Shown: positions 27,246-35,793, counted from the first letter of the stretch. The stretch: DNA of 64,000 bases from a bacterium (GCA_030647485.1 JAUSJT010000004.1:109088-173087), one strand, 5' to 3'. The notes: a model not told the origin generated them from the letters alone. Numbers and translations are program-made.

Positions 27246-28025
27246 ATGAATAATGGAAGAAGGCATCCACAAGTGGTAAAAATAAGGGCACGTGAGTTGC
27301 GTAAAAATGGGTATACGCACAGAGAGATTGCAAAAACATTAGGAATCAGTAAGGGTTCTGCGCATTTATGGGCTACAGGCATTGTTTTAACATTTCATCA
27401 AAAAGAAGCGGTTGAACGAAGAAAGAATCAGCATGTTTACACTGAACAGGAGAAACAGGTGCTTCGGGAAAATCTCCGTAAAAACGTATGGCCACGCAAC
27501 ATCAAATATACAAGAGACTCATTGCTCCAGCTTATTCGAACTTTCTATAAAAAGAATGGAAGAATACCCCTGAAGAGAGAATTTAATATGTGGGGTGAGT
27601 ATAGAAGGCATTTTCAAGGATGGAACGATGCCATTAAAACAGCAGGATTTGAGCCGAATCAAGCCATTTTCTCAAAGAGGTGTTATGCGTGTGATGGTCA
27701 TATCTGCGATTCTTTTGTGGAAAAGATTTTGGATGATTGGCTTTCTTCGAAAAAGGTTCTCCATGAGAAAAATGCTCCATACGTTGGGACAAAAATGACA
27801 GCGGATTTTGCGATTGGCAACCTGCGTATTGAATATTTTGGTCTTGCAAAAGAAATGGACGGGTATGACGAGGCAATCAAAAAGAAAAGAACCCTATGTA
27901 GAAAGGAAGGGCTCAGACTTTTAGAAATATATCCCAAAGACCTTTTTTCCTCGTCGAGGGGATTCAAAAAATGTCTTGGTCAAATCCTACGAGCAGTAAG
28001 AGGCGGAACCTTATCTTTTACCTAA
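27246..28025 (+). CDS. HTH + homing-endonuclease-associated-repeat-like + nuclease-like C-terminal domain protein
   Basis: 259 aa; N-terminal RELRKNGYTHREIAKTLGISKGSAHLW (HTH); ...GRIPLKREFNMWGEYRRHFQGWNDAIKTAGFEPN; C-terminal DSFVEKILDDWL...ADFAIGNLRIEYFG resembles a restriction-endonuclease fold. Confidence 0.5.
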   Translation: MNNGRRHPQVVKIRARELRKNGYTHREIAKTLGISKGSAHLWATGIVLTFHQKEAVERRKNQHVYTEQEKQVLRENLRKNVWPRNIKYTRDSLLQLIRTFYKKNGRIPLKREFNMWGEYRRHFQGWNDAIKTAGFEPNQAIFSKRCYACDGHICDSFVEKILDDWLSSKKVLHEKNAPYVGTKMTADFAIGNLRIEYFGLAKEMDGYDEAIKKKRTLCRKEGLRLLEIYPKDLFSSSRGFKKCLGQILRAVRGGTLSFT

Positions 28026-28217
28026 AGACTTCATGCATTTAGTGCATGCTTTGATTCTAGCGCCCATATCAAAACCAAACTTCTTAAATGGTAAGGTAAG
28101 CCACTGGAGATTAGGTTTCTGGTGTTGCTTCACCGTTGGATTATATTTCCCCCTTAGCTTTGAGTGCCTCATAATGGGGTTTTTATGTTTTCCGCATATC
28201 GCGCATTCTTGTGCCAT
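28011..28217 (-). CDS. rpmB: 50S ribosomal protein L28
   Basis: 68 aa from ATG 28217: MAQECAICGKHKNPIMRHSKLRGKYNPTVKQHQKPNLQ... Confidence 0.75.
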   Translation of the reverse strand: MAQECAICGKHKNPIMRHSKLRGKYNPTVKQHQKPNLQWLTLPFKKFGFDMGARIKACTKCMKSLGKR

Positions 28218-28274
28218 AGAGCATAGTGTAGCAGGATTATTTTTCTTTTGCAAGGAGTATGGTACAATAAGTTC

Positions 28275-28892
28275 ATGGAGTTCATCTTTCTTATTGCCAT
28301 TCTTGTATTTTCGGTTGTGTTCCACGAGGTTTCTCATGGAGTAGTTGCAAATTCTCTTGGAGACACTACCGCTAGGGATGCAGGACGTTTAACCCTGAAT
28401 CCCTTGCCCCACCTTGATCCCTTGGGATCTATTATTGTCCCCGCGTTCCTTATTCTTATGAATCAGATTGCAGGAGGAGGCATTATCTTTGGATGGGCAA
28501 AGCCGGTCCCAGTGAATCCCCAGTATCTCCGCGACCGCAAGTTCGGGGAGGCAAAGGTAAGCTTGGCTGGCCCTGCTTCTAACTTTGCCTTGGCCCTCGT
28601 ATTTGGATTAGCGTTGAGGTTTCTCCCCATAGGAGATATTCATCCCAGCCTTGTGGTTATATTCCAGTCCATTGTGTACATTAATCTTTTGTTGGCCGCA
28701 TTCAACCTTCTTCCCATTCCTCCCCTGGATGGTTCCCATATTTTGTTCTCCCTTCTCCCGCGCTCCATGCACAAGGTGAAGACATTCTTGCAGCAGTACG
28801 GCCTTATGCTTCTTTTCATTCTCATTTTCTTCTTCTTTGACTTTATCTCTCTCTTCGTAGACCTGGTGTTCCGCCTTATTGTCGGAGTGTAG
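28275..28892 (+). CDS. site-2 protease (M50) family zinc metalloprotease
   Basis: HEVSHG (HExxH) in the first TM segment; ...NLLPIPPLDGSHIL; the ORF-track TTG 28248 is an alternative start. Confidence 0.8.
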   Translation: MEFIFLIAILVFSVVFHEVSHGVVANSLGDTTARDAGRLTLNPLPHLDPLGSIIVPAFLILMNQIAGGGIIFGWAKPVPVNPQYLRDRKFGEAKVSLAGPASNFALALVFGLALRFLPIGDIHPSLVVIFQSIVYINLLLAAFNLLPIPPLDGSHILFSLLPRSMHKVKTFLQQYGLMLLFILIFFFFDFISLFVDLVFRLIVGV

Positions 28893-28904
28893 TCGTTTTG
28901 TTTG

Positions 28905-28933
28905 TTGACAAACAAGCGTTCTTTTGATAGAGT
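28905..28933 (+). promoter_or_regulatory. sigma70-type promoter of the str cluster
   Basis: TTGACA-17 nt-TAGAGT. Confidence 0.55.
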
Positions 28934-28951
28934 TTATTTTGATATTGCATG

Positions 28952-29036
28952 ATAAATTTTCTTTGAAAATTTTCGGTTTCCCCCGTGTAGGAAAACAGGT
29001 CGCCTAAGGCGACCGTTAGAAACCGTGTGAGCGTAT
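28952..29036 (+). repeat. structured repeat family 2, copy 2 (rpsL leader)
   Basis: Begins after ATG 28949-28951 and ends at ATG 29037; CGGTTTC...GAAACCG outer stem, CCCCGTGTAGGAAA, variant inner hairpin GGTCGCC-taa-GGCGACC, ...GTGTGAGCGTAT. Confidence 0.7.
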
Positions 29037-29447
29037 ATGCCTACTATTCATCAGCTTTTAAAGCATCCAAGAGTAAAAGGGAAAAAGAAAGACAAAACTC
29101 CTGCCTTGACGTTTGGTTTTAACACAAAAATGAATCAGCCTTCAGAGTATGCGTCTCCTTTCAAGCGCGGGGTATGCGTGAAGGTGTTTACCACCACGCC
29201 CAAGAAGCCAAACTCTGCATTGAGAAAAGTTGCGAGAGTCAGGCTGTCTAACGGCATGGAAGTGACCGCATATATCCCTGGAGAAGGGCATAATCTCCAA
29301 GAGCACTCTGTGGTTCTGATCAGGGGAGGGAGGGTGAAAGACCTTCCTGGGGTGAGATATCACATTGTGCGCGGCGTATTGGATGCCGCGGGCATTGAAA
29401 CAAGAAAACAAACACGATCAAAGTATGGAACAAAGAGACCGAAATAG
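29037..29447 (+). CDS. rpsL: 30S ribosomal protein S12
   Basis: 136 aa; MPTIHQLLK..., ...[21 protein letters not shown]... Confidence 0.97.
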   Translation: MPTIHQLLKHPRVKGKKKDKTPALTFGFNTKMNQPSEYASPFKRGVCVKVFTTTPKKPNSALRKVARVRLSNGMEVTAYIPGEGHNLQEHSVVLIRGGRVKDLPGVRYHIVRGVLDAAGIETRKQTRSKYGTKRPK

Positions 29448-29859
29448 TGAAATGGTGGTGAAACTGGTGAACCAGGTCATGAAGGAGGGAAAGAAATCAA
29501 TCGCACGGAAGATTGTTTCTGGCGCCTTTGACATTATTGCAGAAAAGCTTAAGAAAGATCCCGTGGAGGTCTATGAGCAAAGCATTCAGAATGTTTCTCC
29601 CATGGTGGAGGTGCGTTCAAAACGAGTGGGAGGCGCAACCTACCAGGTTCCCGTAGAGGTAAAAGGAAGCAGGGCGTTGAGTTTGGCCTTGAGATGGGTT
29701 CTTGGCGCCGCACGGTCTAAAAAGGGAAAGCCCATGGCAGAGAAACTCGCAGAAGAGCTCATGCTAGCGTACAAGAAAGAGGGGACCGCTTTTAAAAAGA
29801 AAGAAGATACTCATCGCATGGCAGAGGCGAACCGCGCCTTTGCCCACTTTGCCTGGTGA
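29425..29859 (+). CDS. rpsG: 30S ribosomal protein S7 (short N-terminus)
   Basis: ...[24 protein letters not shown]... aligns with the S7 core; start at 29425 (overlaps rpsL) or 29452. Confidence 0.9.
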   Translation: MEQRDRNSEMVVKLVNQVMKEGKKSIARKIVSGAFDIIAEKLKKDPVEVYEQSIQNVSPMVEVRSKRVGGATYQVPVEVKGSRALSLALRWVLGAARSKKGKPMAEKLAEELMLAYKKEGTAFKKKEDTHRMAEANRAFAHFAW

Positions 29860-30180
29860 GGTATGCTCGGCAACAAACCACGAAAGTACCGAGCCTCAAA
29901 ATCCCTGCGAGATTTTGGGCTCTGCGTTCTCAACTCGCTATCCTCGTTTTACTCGGAACCATGCTAGCGAGTTTCCGAAAGCTACTTTCATGATTTATTG
30001 CCTCGCATTCTCAAACGCGAAGATTCTGCAGTAAGGTTTTTCACGAGCTTTCGCAGGTCTGTCAGCATGGTCCCCGAGTGTATCGAGGGGTGACAGACCG
30101 AGAAGGCAACCCGCAAACATTCGCTGGAATGTTTGACGAGGTGGTCGTAGAAAACCTTACTACAGAATCTTATTGAACAT
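29860..30180 (+). other. unusually long, GC-richer, highly structured rpsG-fusA spacer (candidate cis-regulatory RNA or embedded ncRNA)
   Basis: 19-bp long-range helix 30022-30040/30151-30169 enclosing hairpins 30056-30099 and 30114-30135; competing helices 29865-29894 versus 29891-29922. Confidence 0.45.
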
Positions 30181-32286
30181 ATGCCACGACAATATCCTAT
30201 TGAGAAATATCGGAACATTGGCATTATTGCCCATATTGACGCTGGGAAAACAACCACGACCGAGCGTATTTTGTTTTACACGGGCGTGTCGCACAAGATA
30301 GGGGACATTGATGAAGGAAACACGGTTATGGACTGGATGGTGCAGGAGCGAGAGCGGGGAATTACCATTACCTCGGCTGCTACCACATGCTTCTGGACTC
30401 CAACATATCTTCCAAAGACCAAAGAGAATGAATACCGAATTAATATCATTGATACTCCAGGACACATTGACTTTACCGTGGAAGTGCAGCGTTCCTTGAG
30501 GGTGCTGGACGGAGCCGTGGTGCTCTTTGACGGAGTAGCAGGAGTGGAACCCCAGTCTGAAACCGTATGGCGCCAGGCAGACAAGTTTGGGGTTCCCCGC
30601 ATGTGCTTTATCAACAAGCTAGACCGCATGGGAGCTTCATTTGAGAAGAGCTTAGATTCCATACTCCAAAAGCTTACTCCTAACGCGGTTGCTCTTCAAA
30701 TCCCCGTAGGGGAAGAAGAGAACTTTCAAGGAGTCATTGATCTCTTTTCAATGAAGCTTTTGGTGTTTGAGGGAGACTTTGGAGAAACGGTGACAGAAAA
30801 AGAAATTCCAGCAGACATGCAAGAGAAGGCAAAAGAATGGAGGAATAAAATGCTAGAGAAGATTGCAGCGGAAGACGAGCAATTATTGACCAAGTATTTG
30901 GAAGGCAAAGAATTAGACATACAGGCAGTGAAAGCGGTGTTGAGAAAAGCAACGCTCGCGAATAAGTTAGTTCCCGTGTTCACCGGGTCTTCCTTAAAGA
31001 ATAAAGGAGTGCAGCCCATGCTAGACGGCGTTGTCGCGTATCTTCCCAGCCCAGCTGATCTTCCTCCGGTAAAAGGCATTGACCCTAAAACTTCAGGGGA
31101 GATTGAGCGAAAGCCCTTAGACGCAGAACCTTTTTCTGCACTTGCTTTTAAGATTGCCACTGACCCATACGTTGGCACGCTTACATTCTTTCGATTGTAT
31201 TCAGGCAGTTTGCAGAAGGGTTCGTATGTTTTGAACGCTACCACAGGAGAAAAAGAAAGAATAAGCAGAATTTTGCAAATGCATGCGAACGAGAGAGAAG
31301 ACGTAGACGAGCTGTTTGCGGGAGACATTGCCGCAACCGTAGGATTGAAGAGCACAAGCACTGGCCACACGCTGTGCGACGAAAACCAGCCTATTGTTCT
31401 AGAACAGATTTCCTTTCCAGAGCCTGTTATTTCCGTACGCATTGAGCCTAACACCAAGGTAGATCAAGAAAAGATGGGTATGGCCTTGAAACGCTTGTCT
31501 GACGAAGACCCTACCTTTAGGATAAAGTCTGACATGGAGACAGGAGAAACTATTATTTCTGGCATGGGAGAACTGCACTTGGATATTATCGTAGACCGCA
31601 TGAAGCGGGAATTTGGGGTTTCCGCGAACGTGGGCAGGCCCCAGGTTGCGTACAAGGAAACCATTAAAGGTGAGGCAGAGGCAGAGGGAAAGTACATTCG
31701 CCAATCAGGGGGTAAGGGACAGTATGGCCACGTATACTTGAGGGTAGCTCCCAGGGAAAGGGGCCAGGGCTTTGAGTTCCTTAATGAGATTAGAGGAGGA
31801 ACAATACCTCAAGAATTCATTCCAGCAGTGGAAAAGGGAGTGAAGGAGGCCTTAGATAAAGGCGTACTCGCAGGGTATCCTTTGGTGGACCTTGAGGTTG
31901 CGCTCTTTGACGGATCATTCCACGATGTTGACTCTTCAGAGTTCGCCTTTAAGATAGCCGCATCCATGGCTCTTCAAGACGCAACAAAGAGAGCCAAGCT
32001 TATATTGCTAGAACCTATTATGAAATTAGAAGTGGTTATCCCTTCCCAGTTCTTGGGGGATACTATTGGAGATCTTTCTGCAAGGAGAGGGAGGATTGAG
32101 GAAACGTATGACCGCATGAATCTTAAGGTTATTGACGCTAAAATCCCATTGGCCGAGATGTTTGGATACGCAACCTCTTTGCGGTCTCTCACAGAAGGAA
32201 GGGGAACCTTTACCATGGAGTTTGACAAATACGAGGAGATACCCCAGAATATAACCACGGAGATTATAGAAGGGAAACGACGGTAA
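30181..32286 (+). CDS. fusA: elongation factor G
   Basis: 701 aa; [23 protein letters not shown], full five-domain length. Confidence 0.98.
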   Translation: MPRQYPIEKYRNIGIIAHIDAGKTTTTERILFYTGVSHKIGDIDEGNTVMDWMVQERERGITITSAATTCFWTPTYLPKTKENEYRINIIDTPGHIDFTVEVQRSLRVLDGAVVLFDGVAGVEPQSETVWRQADKFGVPRMCFINKLDRMGASFEKSLDSILQKLTPNAVALQIPVGEEENFQGVIDLFSMKLLVFEGDFGETVTEKEIPADMQEKAKEWRNKMLEKIAAEDEQLLTKYLEGKELDIQAVKAVLRKATLANKLVPVFTGSSLKNKGVQPMLDGVVAYLPSPADLPPVKGIDPKTSGEIERKPLDAEPFSALAFKIATDPYVGTLTFFRLYSGSLQKGSYVLNATTGEKERISRILQMHANEREDVDELFAGDIAATVGLKSTSTGHTLCDENQPIVLEQISFPEPVISVRIEPNTKVDQEKMGMALKRLSDEDPTFRIKSDMETGETIISGMGELHLDIIVDRMKREFGVSANVGRPQVAYKETIKGEAEAEGKYIRQSGGKGQYGHVYLRVAPRERGQGFEFLNEIRGGTIPQEFIPAVEKGVKEALDKGVLAGYPLVDLEVALFDGSFHDVDSSEFAFKIAASMALQDATKRAKLILLEPIMKLEVVIPSQFLGDTIGDLSARRGRIEETYDRMNLKVIDAKIPLAEMFGYATSLRSLTEGRGTFTMEFDKYEEIPQNITTEIIEGKRR

Positions 32287-32312
32287 TCCTTCGATAAACT
32301 CAGGATCAAGAT

Positions 32313-32522
32313 ATGGATTTCAACGAAATCAAGAATTTAATACAGCAGGAAGGCGGGAAAATCATTGTAGTGGAGAATGGGAAACCCGTTATGGTCGTCC
32401 TGTCTTTTGAAGACTTTAAGGCAAGGAATGCCAAGAAGGTACAGGCGCAAACTCCTGTTCCGTTTCCTCAAGAAGAGTTGCAGGGCGAGGAGGAATTGAC
32501 AATTGATGATTTGCCGCTATAA
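32313..32522 (+). CDS. Phd/YefM-like antitoxin-fold protein, no cognate toxin adjacent
   Basis: 69 aa; ...GGKIIVVENGKPVMVVLSFEDFKA... matches the Phd/YefM core; acidic C-terminal tail. Confidence 0.55.
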   Translation: MDFNEIKNLIQQEGGKIIVVENGKPVMVVLSFEDFKARNAKKVQAQTPVPFPQEELQGEEELTIDDLPL

Positions 32523-32555
32523 TAGTAAACATTGCGTCGATATTAACAACTAATA

Positions 32556-32575
32556 ACTACAAACTATAAACTAAA
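32556..32575 (+). promoter_or_regulatory. G-less 20-nt leader motif ACTACAAACTATAAACTAAA (copy 2, upstream of tuf)
   Basis: Identical to 9034-9053; ends 3 nt before ATG 32579. Confidence 0.5.
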
Positions 32576-32578
32576 TCT

Positions 32579-33772
32579 ATGGCAGAAAAATTCGACAGAA
32601 CAAAACCGCATATCAACATCGGCACCATTGGCCACGTTGATCACGGGAAAACTACCCTTTCTGCAGCCATTTTGCATGTGCTGAAGTTAAAGGGCATGAA
32701 TGTCACAGAGAAGTCTGTTGACCAGATAGACGCAGCTCCAGAAGAGAAGCAGAGAGGCATTACTATTAATATCTCGCATTTGGAGTATGAGACCGAGAAG
32801 CGCCACTATGCGCACATTGACGCTCCAGGACATGCAGACTATATCAAGAACATGATCACAGGAGCCGCTCAAATGGACGGCGCTATTTTGGTTGTTTCAG
32901 CTCCTGACGGCCCTATGCCTCAAACCAGAGAGCACATTCTCTTGGCTCGTCAAGTAGGGTTGCCTAATATCATAGTATTCTTAAACAAGTGCGATGCGGT
33001 GGATGACCCTGAAATCATTGATCTTGTAGAGTCTGAAGTCAGAGAGCTCTTAAAGAAGTATAACTTCCCAGGAGATACCACGCCTATTATCAGAGGATCT
33101 GCATTGAAAGCGTTGGAGGTGAAGTCCGCAGATGAGGAAGCCGCAAAGCCCATTCTAGAACTCATGAAGACGGTTGATGAATACTTCCCGCAACCGGTGA
33201 GAGAATTGGATAAGCCATTCTTAATGGCGGTGGAAGACGTCTTCTCTATTGAAGGGAGAGGAACCGTTGCAACAGGAAGAGTGGAACGAGGAATCGTAAA
33301 GGCAAACGAAGAAGTGGAATTGGTTGGATTAAAACCAACGTCCAAGACCGTTGCCGTGAGCATGGAAATGTTTAACAAGACCTTAGATCAGGCGCAAGCA
33401 GGAGACAATGTTGGTATTCTTTTAAGAGGAACAAAGAAAGAAGAGATTGAAAGGGGACAGGTGCTGGCAAAACCCGGAACTGTGACTCCTCACACCGAGT
33501 TTGACGCTGAAGTCTACATTCTTGCAAAAGAAGAAGGCGGAAGGCATACCCCGTTCTTTACCGGATACAAGCCACAGTTCTACTTTAGAACTACTGACGT
33601 GACAGGAGACGTTACCTTGTCTACGGGAGTAGAAATGGTTATGCCAGGGGATACAGTGAACGTGAAAGTAAAGCTTTTGGTGCCTATAGCCATGGAAGAG
33701 AAACAGAGATTTGCTATCCGTGAAGGAGGAAAGACAGTAGGAGCTGGAGTGGTTGCAAAGATCAACAACTAA
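32579..33772 (+). CDS. tuf: elongation factor Tu
   Basis: 397 aa; [22 protein letters not shown]. Confidence 0.98.
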   Translation: MAEKFDRTKPHINIGTIGHVDHGKTTLSAAILHVLKLKGMNVTEKSVDQIDAAPEEKQRGITINISHLEYETEKRHYAHIDAPGHADYIKNMITGAAQMDGAILVVSAPDGPMPQTREHILLARQVGLPNIIVFLNKCDAVDDPEIIDLVESEVRELLKKYNFPGDTTPIIRGSALKALEVKSADEEAAKPILELMKTVDEYFPQPVRELDKPFLMAVEDVFSIEGRGTVATGRVERGIVKANEEVELVGLKPTSKTVAVSMEMFNKTLDQAQAGDNVGILLRGTKKEEIERGQVLAKPGTVTPHTEFDAEVYILAKEEGGRHTPFFTGYKPQFYFRTTDVTGDVTLSTGVEMVMPGDTVNVKVKLLVPIAMEEKQRFAIREGGKTVGAGVVAKINN

Positions 33773-33800
33773 AAGAAAGAATAGCTCCTTCACACTTACA

Positions 33801-34145
33801 ATGCCCGCAAAAAAAGCAGTCATGGAAAAAGAGGCCCCAGTTCAGCCCAAGATCCGCATTCGGATTTCTGCCTATGACCATAAGGTTATAGACGCATCGT
33901 GCAAGCAAATCATAGACACGGTGGTGCGCCAGGGATGCGAGCTGTTGGGTCCCATACCTTTGCCCACCGAGATACGAAAGTACACGGTGAACAGGTCTTC
34001 TTTTGTCCATAAAGACGCGAGGGAGCAGTATGAAATGCGGGTGCACAAAAGATTGATTGACATACTTTCTCCTAACCCCAAGGTGATAGACGCTTTAACA
34101 AATCTGAACTTGCCTGCGGGAGTGGATATTGAAATCAAAATGTAG
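33801..34145 (+). CDS. rpsJ: 30S ribosomal protein S10
   Basis: ...[25 protein letters not shown]...[24 protein letters not shown]...; start at 33801 or 33822. Confidence 0.93.
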   Translation: MPAKKAVMEKEAPVQPKIRIRISAYDHKVIDASCKQIIDTVVRQGCELLGPIPLPTEIRKYTVNRSSFVHKDAREQYEMRVHKRLIDILSPNPKVIDALTNLNLPAGVDIEIKM

Positions 34146-34193
34146 TGTAACTTAGCTTAGTTAAGTTATCCACACCTTAGTGAGATTAAGGAG

Positions 34194-34229
34194 CCAAAGA
34201 ACCGCCACGGAGGCGGTTTTTGGTATAGT
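34194..34229 (+). repeat. 36-bp direct repeat, left copy (contains the rpsJ terminator hairpin)
   Basis: CCAAAGAACCGCCACGGAGGCGGTTTTTGGTATAGT; 34/36 identical to 35330-35365; AACCGCC...GGCGGTT + T-run. Confidence 0.8.
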
Positions 34230-34240
34230 AGGCCTAAATC

Positions 34241-34289
34241 TGCATAGTTTTAGTATATACTTGCATAGTTTCTAGGATTATGTTAAGCT
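34241..34289 (+). promoter_or_regulatory. cassette promoter with duplicated TGCATAGTTT operator-like boxes
   Basis: TGCATAGTTT at 34241 and 34262 (21-bp spacing); TTGCAT-17 nt-TAAGCT, 6 nt to ATG 34296. Confidence 0.45.
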
Positions 34290-34295
34290 AGCAAT

Positions 34296-35015
34296 ATGAA
34301 CGGAAAACTTTTAAATATAAGGGAAGCTACCAAATTTCTTGGAGTTTCCGTTGATACGCTTAGACGCTGGGATAAAAGCGGCAAGTTAGTTGCGGTTAGA
34401 AAACCTGGGGGAACCCATCGCTATTACGCAATAAAGGATTTGGAGATGTTTTCCAGTGACTTGATAAAGCTTGCGAATGAGTGGGCGCTTTCTGGAAAAG
34501 AAATATCGCCGGATTTATATTGCTCCAATAGCGCGGTTTTCCAGACAAAATTGATGAGAATGCAAGATGAGATGCTTGTCCTCGGAAAGGAGCGGGGGTT
34601 GGTTTCACTTATGGGCGCCGTTGCAGGAGAAATCGGCAATAACTCGTATGATCACAACTTGGGAAATTGGCCAGATGTGCCCGGAGTGTTTTTTGGTTAT
34701 GATATTCAAAAGGGCACAATCGTACTTGCTGACAGGGGATTAGGTATTTTAAAAACTTTGAGCAGGGTGAAACCTTCGCTCATCTCTCATGAGGAAGCTG
34801 TTAGAGCGGCATTTACTGAAACAATCTCGGGGCGCGCGCCAGAGAAACGGGGTAACGGTTTGAAGTTTGTTCGCAAGATTATTGCTCAAAATCCCATTAG
34901 TCTGTCTTTCCAGACTGGGGACGTGGAATTGCAAATAGAAAAAGAGAGCGGTGATCTGCGCATTGTAAAAACAAAAGACAAAATCCAGGGATGTCTTGCA
35001 ATAATCAAATTCTAA
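34296..35015 (+). CDS. excisionase/MerR-type HTH fused to a GHKL (RsbW/SpoIIAB-like) ATPase/kinase domain
   Basis: 239 aa; N-terminal LLNIREATKFLGVSVDTLRRWDKSGKLVAVRKPGGTHRYY; N-box EIGNNSYDH, G1 LADRGLGI, G2 RGNGLKFV. Confidence 0.65.
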   Translation: MNGKLLNIREATKFLGVSVDTLRRWDKSGKLVAVRKPGGTHRYYAIKDLEMFSSDLIKLANEWALSGKEISPDLYCSNSAVFQTKLMRMQDEMLVLGKERGLVSLMGAVAGEIGNNSYDHNLGNWPDVPGVFFGYDIQKGTIVLADRGLGILKTLSRVKPSLISHEEAVRAAFTETISGRAPEKRGNGLKFVRKIIAQNPISLSFQTGDVELQIEKESGDLRIVKTKDKIQGCLAIIKF

Positions 35016-35025
35016 CTACGATTCT

Positions 35026-35286
35026 ATGATCATCAAACTTAGTAAATTTGGGACTACTCTCGTATCCAGACAAGCCGGGCGGGAAGCTTGGGCTGCTTTT
35101 CAACCAGCCCTGCAATCCGTTGGCCTTAAAGAAAACATTGAAGTTAGTTTTGATGAAGTTTTGACTCTTTCTCCTTCTTGGGCAGACGAGTTTATTACGT
35201 TGCTCAAAAAAGAGTATGGCAGCCGAGTTGTTTTACGCGCAAGCGGTAATCCTTCTGTGAAAGCAACGTTGGATATCCTTGAGTGA
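35026..35286 (+). CDS. STAS-like small protein (DUF4325-type)
   Basis: 86 aa; ...LVSRQAGREAW...IEVSFDEVLTLSPSWADEFI... pattern as I recall it for the DUF4325 STAS-like family; 10 nt after the GHKL gene. Confidence 0.5.
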   Translation: MIIKLSKFGTTLVSRQAGREAWAAFQPALQSVGLKENIEVSFDEVLTLSPSWADEFITLLKKEYGSRVVLRASGNPSVKATLDILE

Positions 35287-35329
35287 AAATAGGGTTAGTC
35301 TTATTCATGCCTTGGCGAGACCCAAGAAT

Positions 35330-35365
35330 CCAAAGAACCGCCACGGAGGCGGTTTTGGGTAGAGT
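35330..35365 (+). repeat. 36-bp direct repeat, right copy (terminator hairpin)
   Basis: CCAAAGAACCGCCACGGAGGCGGTTTTGGGTAGAGT; weaker similarity extends about 25 bp upstream in both copies. Confidence 0.8.
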
Positions 35366-35395
35366 GATCATGGGGTATTGAACCATGGTACGAAC

Positions 35396-35426
35396 TTGAC
35401 ATTTTGGAGATTTTTAGTATTATACT
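35396..35426 (+). promoter_or_regulatory. sigma70-type promoter
   Basis: TTGACA followed at 16-19 nt by overlapping TATTAT/ATTATA/TATACT boxes. Confidence 0.5.
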
Positions 35427-35473
35427 ATAGTTCAATAAGTTGGCAGTCCATTAGTATCAATAGGAGGTGACAC

Positions 35474-35734
35474 GTGGCTAAGCAGATGGCGATTATCAGG
35501 GATGTTCAATGGTCCCCCAACGATGAGCGGAATCCTGGTTTGCGTCTCAACGTGGCCCTCTATGAGGCTAGCGGAACACATCTCACTATTCCTCCGCATG
35601 AAACGTGGAGTCTCTTCCAGAGCTACGAGCTTATCTCTCCTGAGGGTATCCGTTTCGCAGATCTCAATGGTAAGCCCGTATGGGTTGAGGAAGAGGATGG
35701 GATTATTAGGTTCATAGGTCCTTGTGTTGTCTAA
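35474..35734 (+). CDS. hypothetical 86-aa protein (ORFan inside the rpsJ-rplC island)
   Basis: GTG start 4 nt after a strong SD (GGAGGTGA); own promoter and terminator; preferred over the antisense ORF 35432-35821. Confidence 0.6.
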   Translation: MAKQMAIIRDVQWSPNDERNPGLRLNVALYEASGTHLTIPPHETWSLFQSYELISPEGIRFADLNGKPVWVEEEDGIIRFIGPCVV

Positions 35735-35756
35735 TTCAAGGGTTCCGTAATAAAGT

Positions 35757-35790
35757 CCTCCAAGGCGCATGCCAAGGAGGTTTTTCTTTC
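35757..35790 (+). terminator. intrinsic terminator
   Basis: CCTCCaaGGC-gcat-GCCaaGGAGG followed by TTTTTCTTTC. Confidence 0.6.
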
Positions 35791-35793
35791 CTG

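Noticed and set aside
28033-28344. 103-codon plus-strand ORF
   Set aside because: The opposite strand encodes a recognisable L28 (rpmB), so the plus-strand frame is an artefact.
29840-30257. ORFs 29840-30034 (+) and 29988-30257 (-) in the rpsG-fusA spacer
   Set aside because: They have no start signals, give implausible translations, and run into flanking genes. The region is better explained by RNA/DNA secondary structure.
30726-31457. 243-codon minus-strand ORF (plus several smaller ones) antisense to fusA
   Set aside because: It lies inside fusA and its translation is compositionally odd. It is treated as an antisense artefact.
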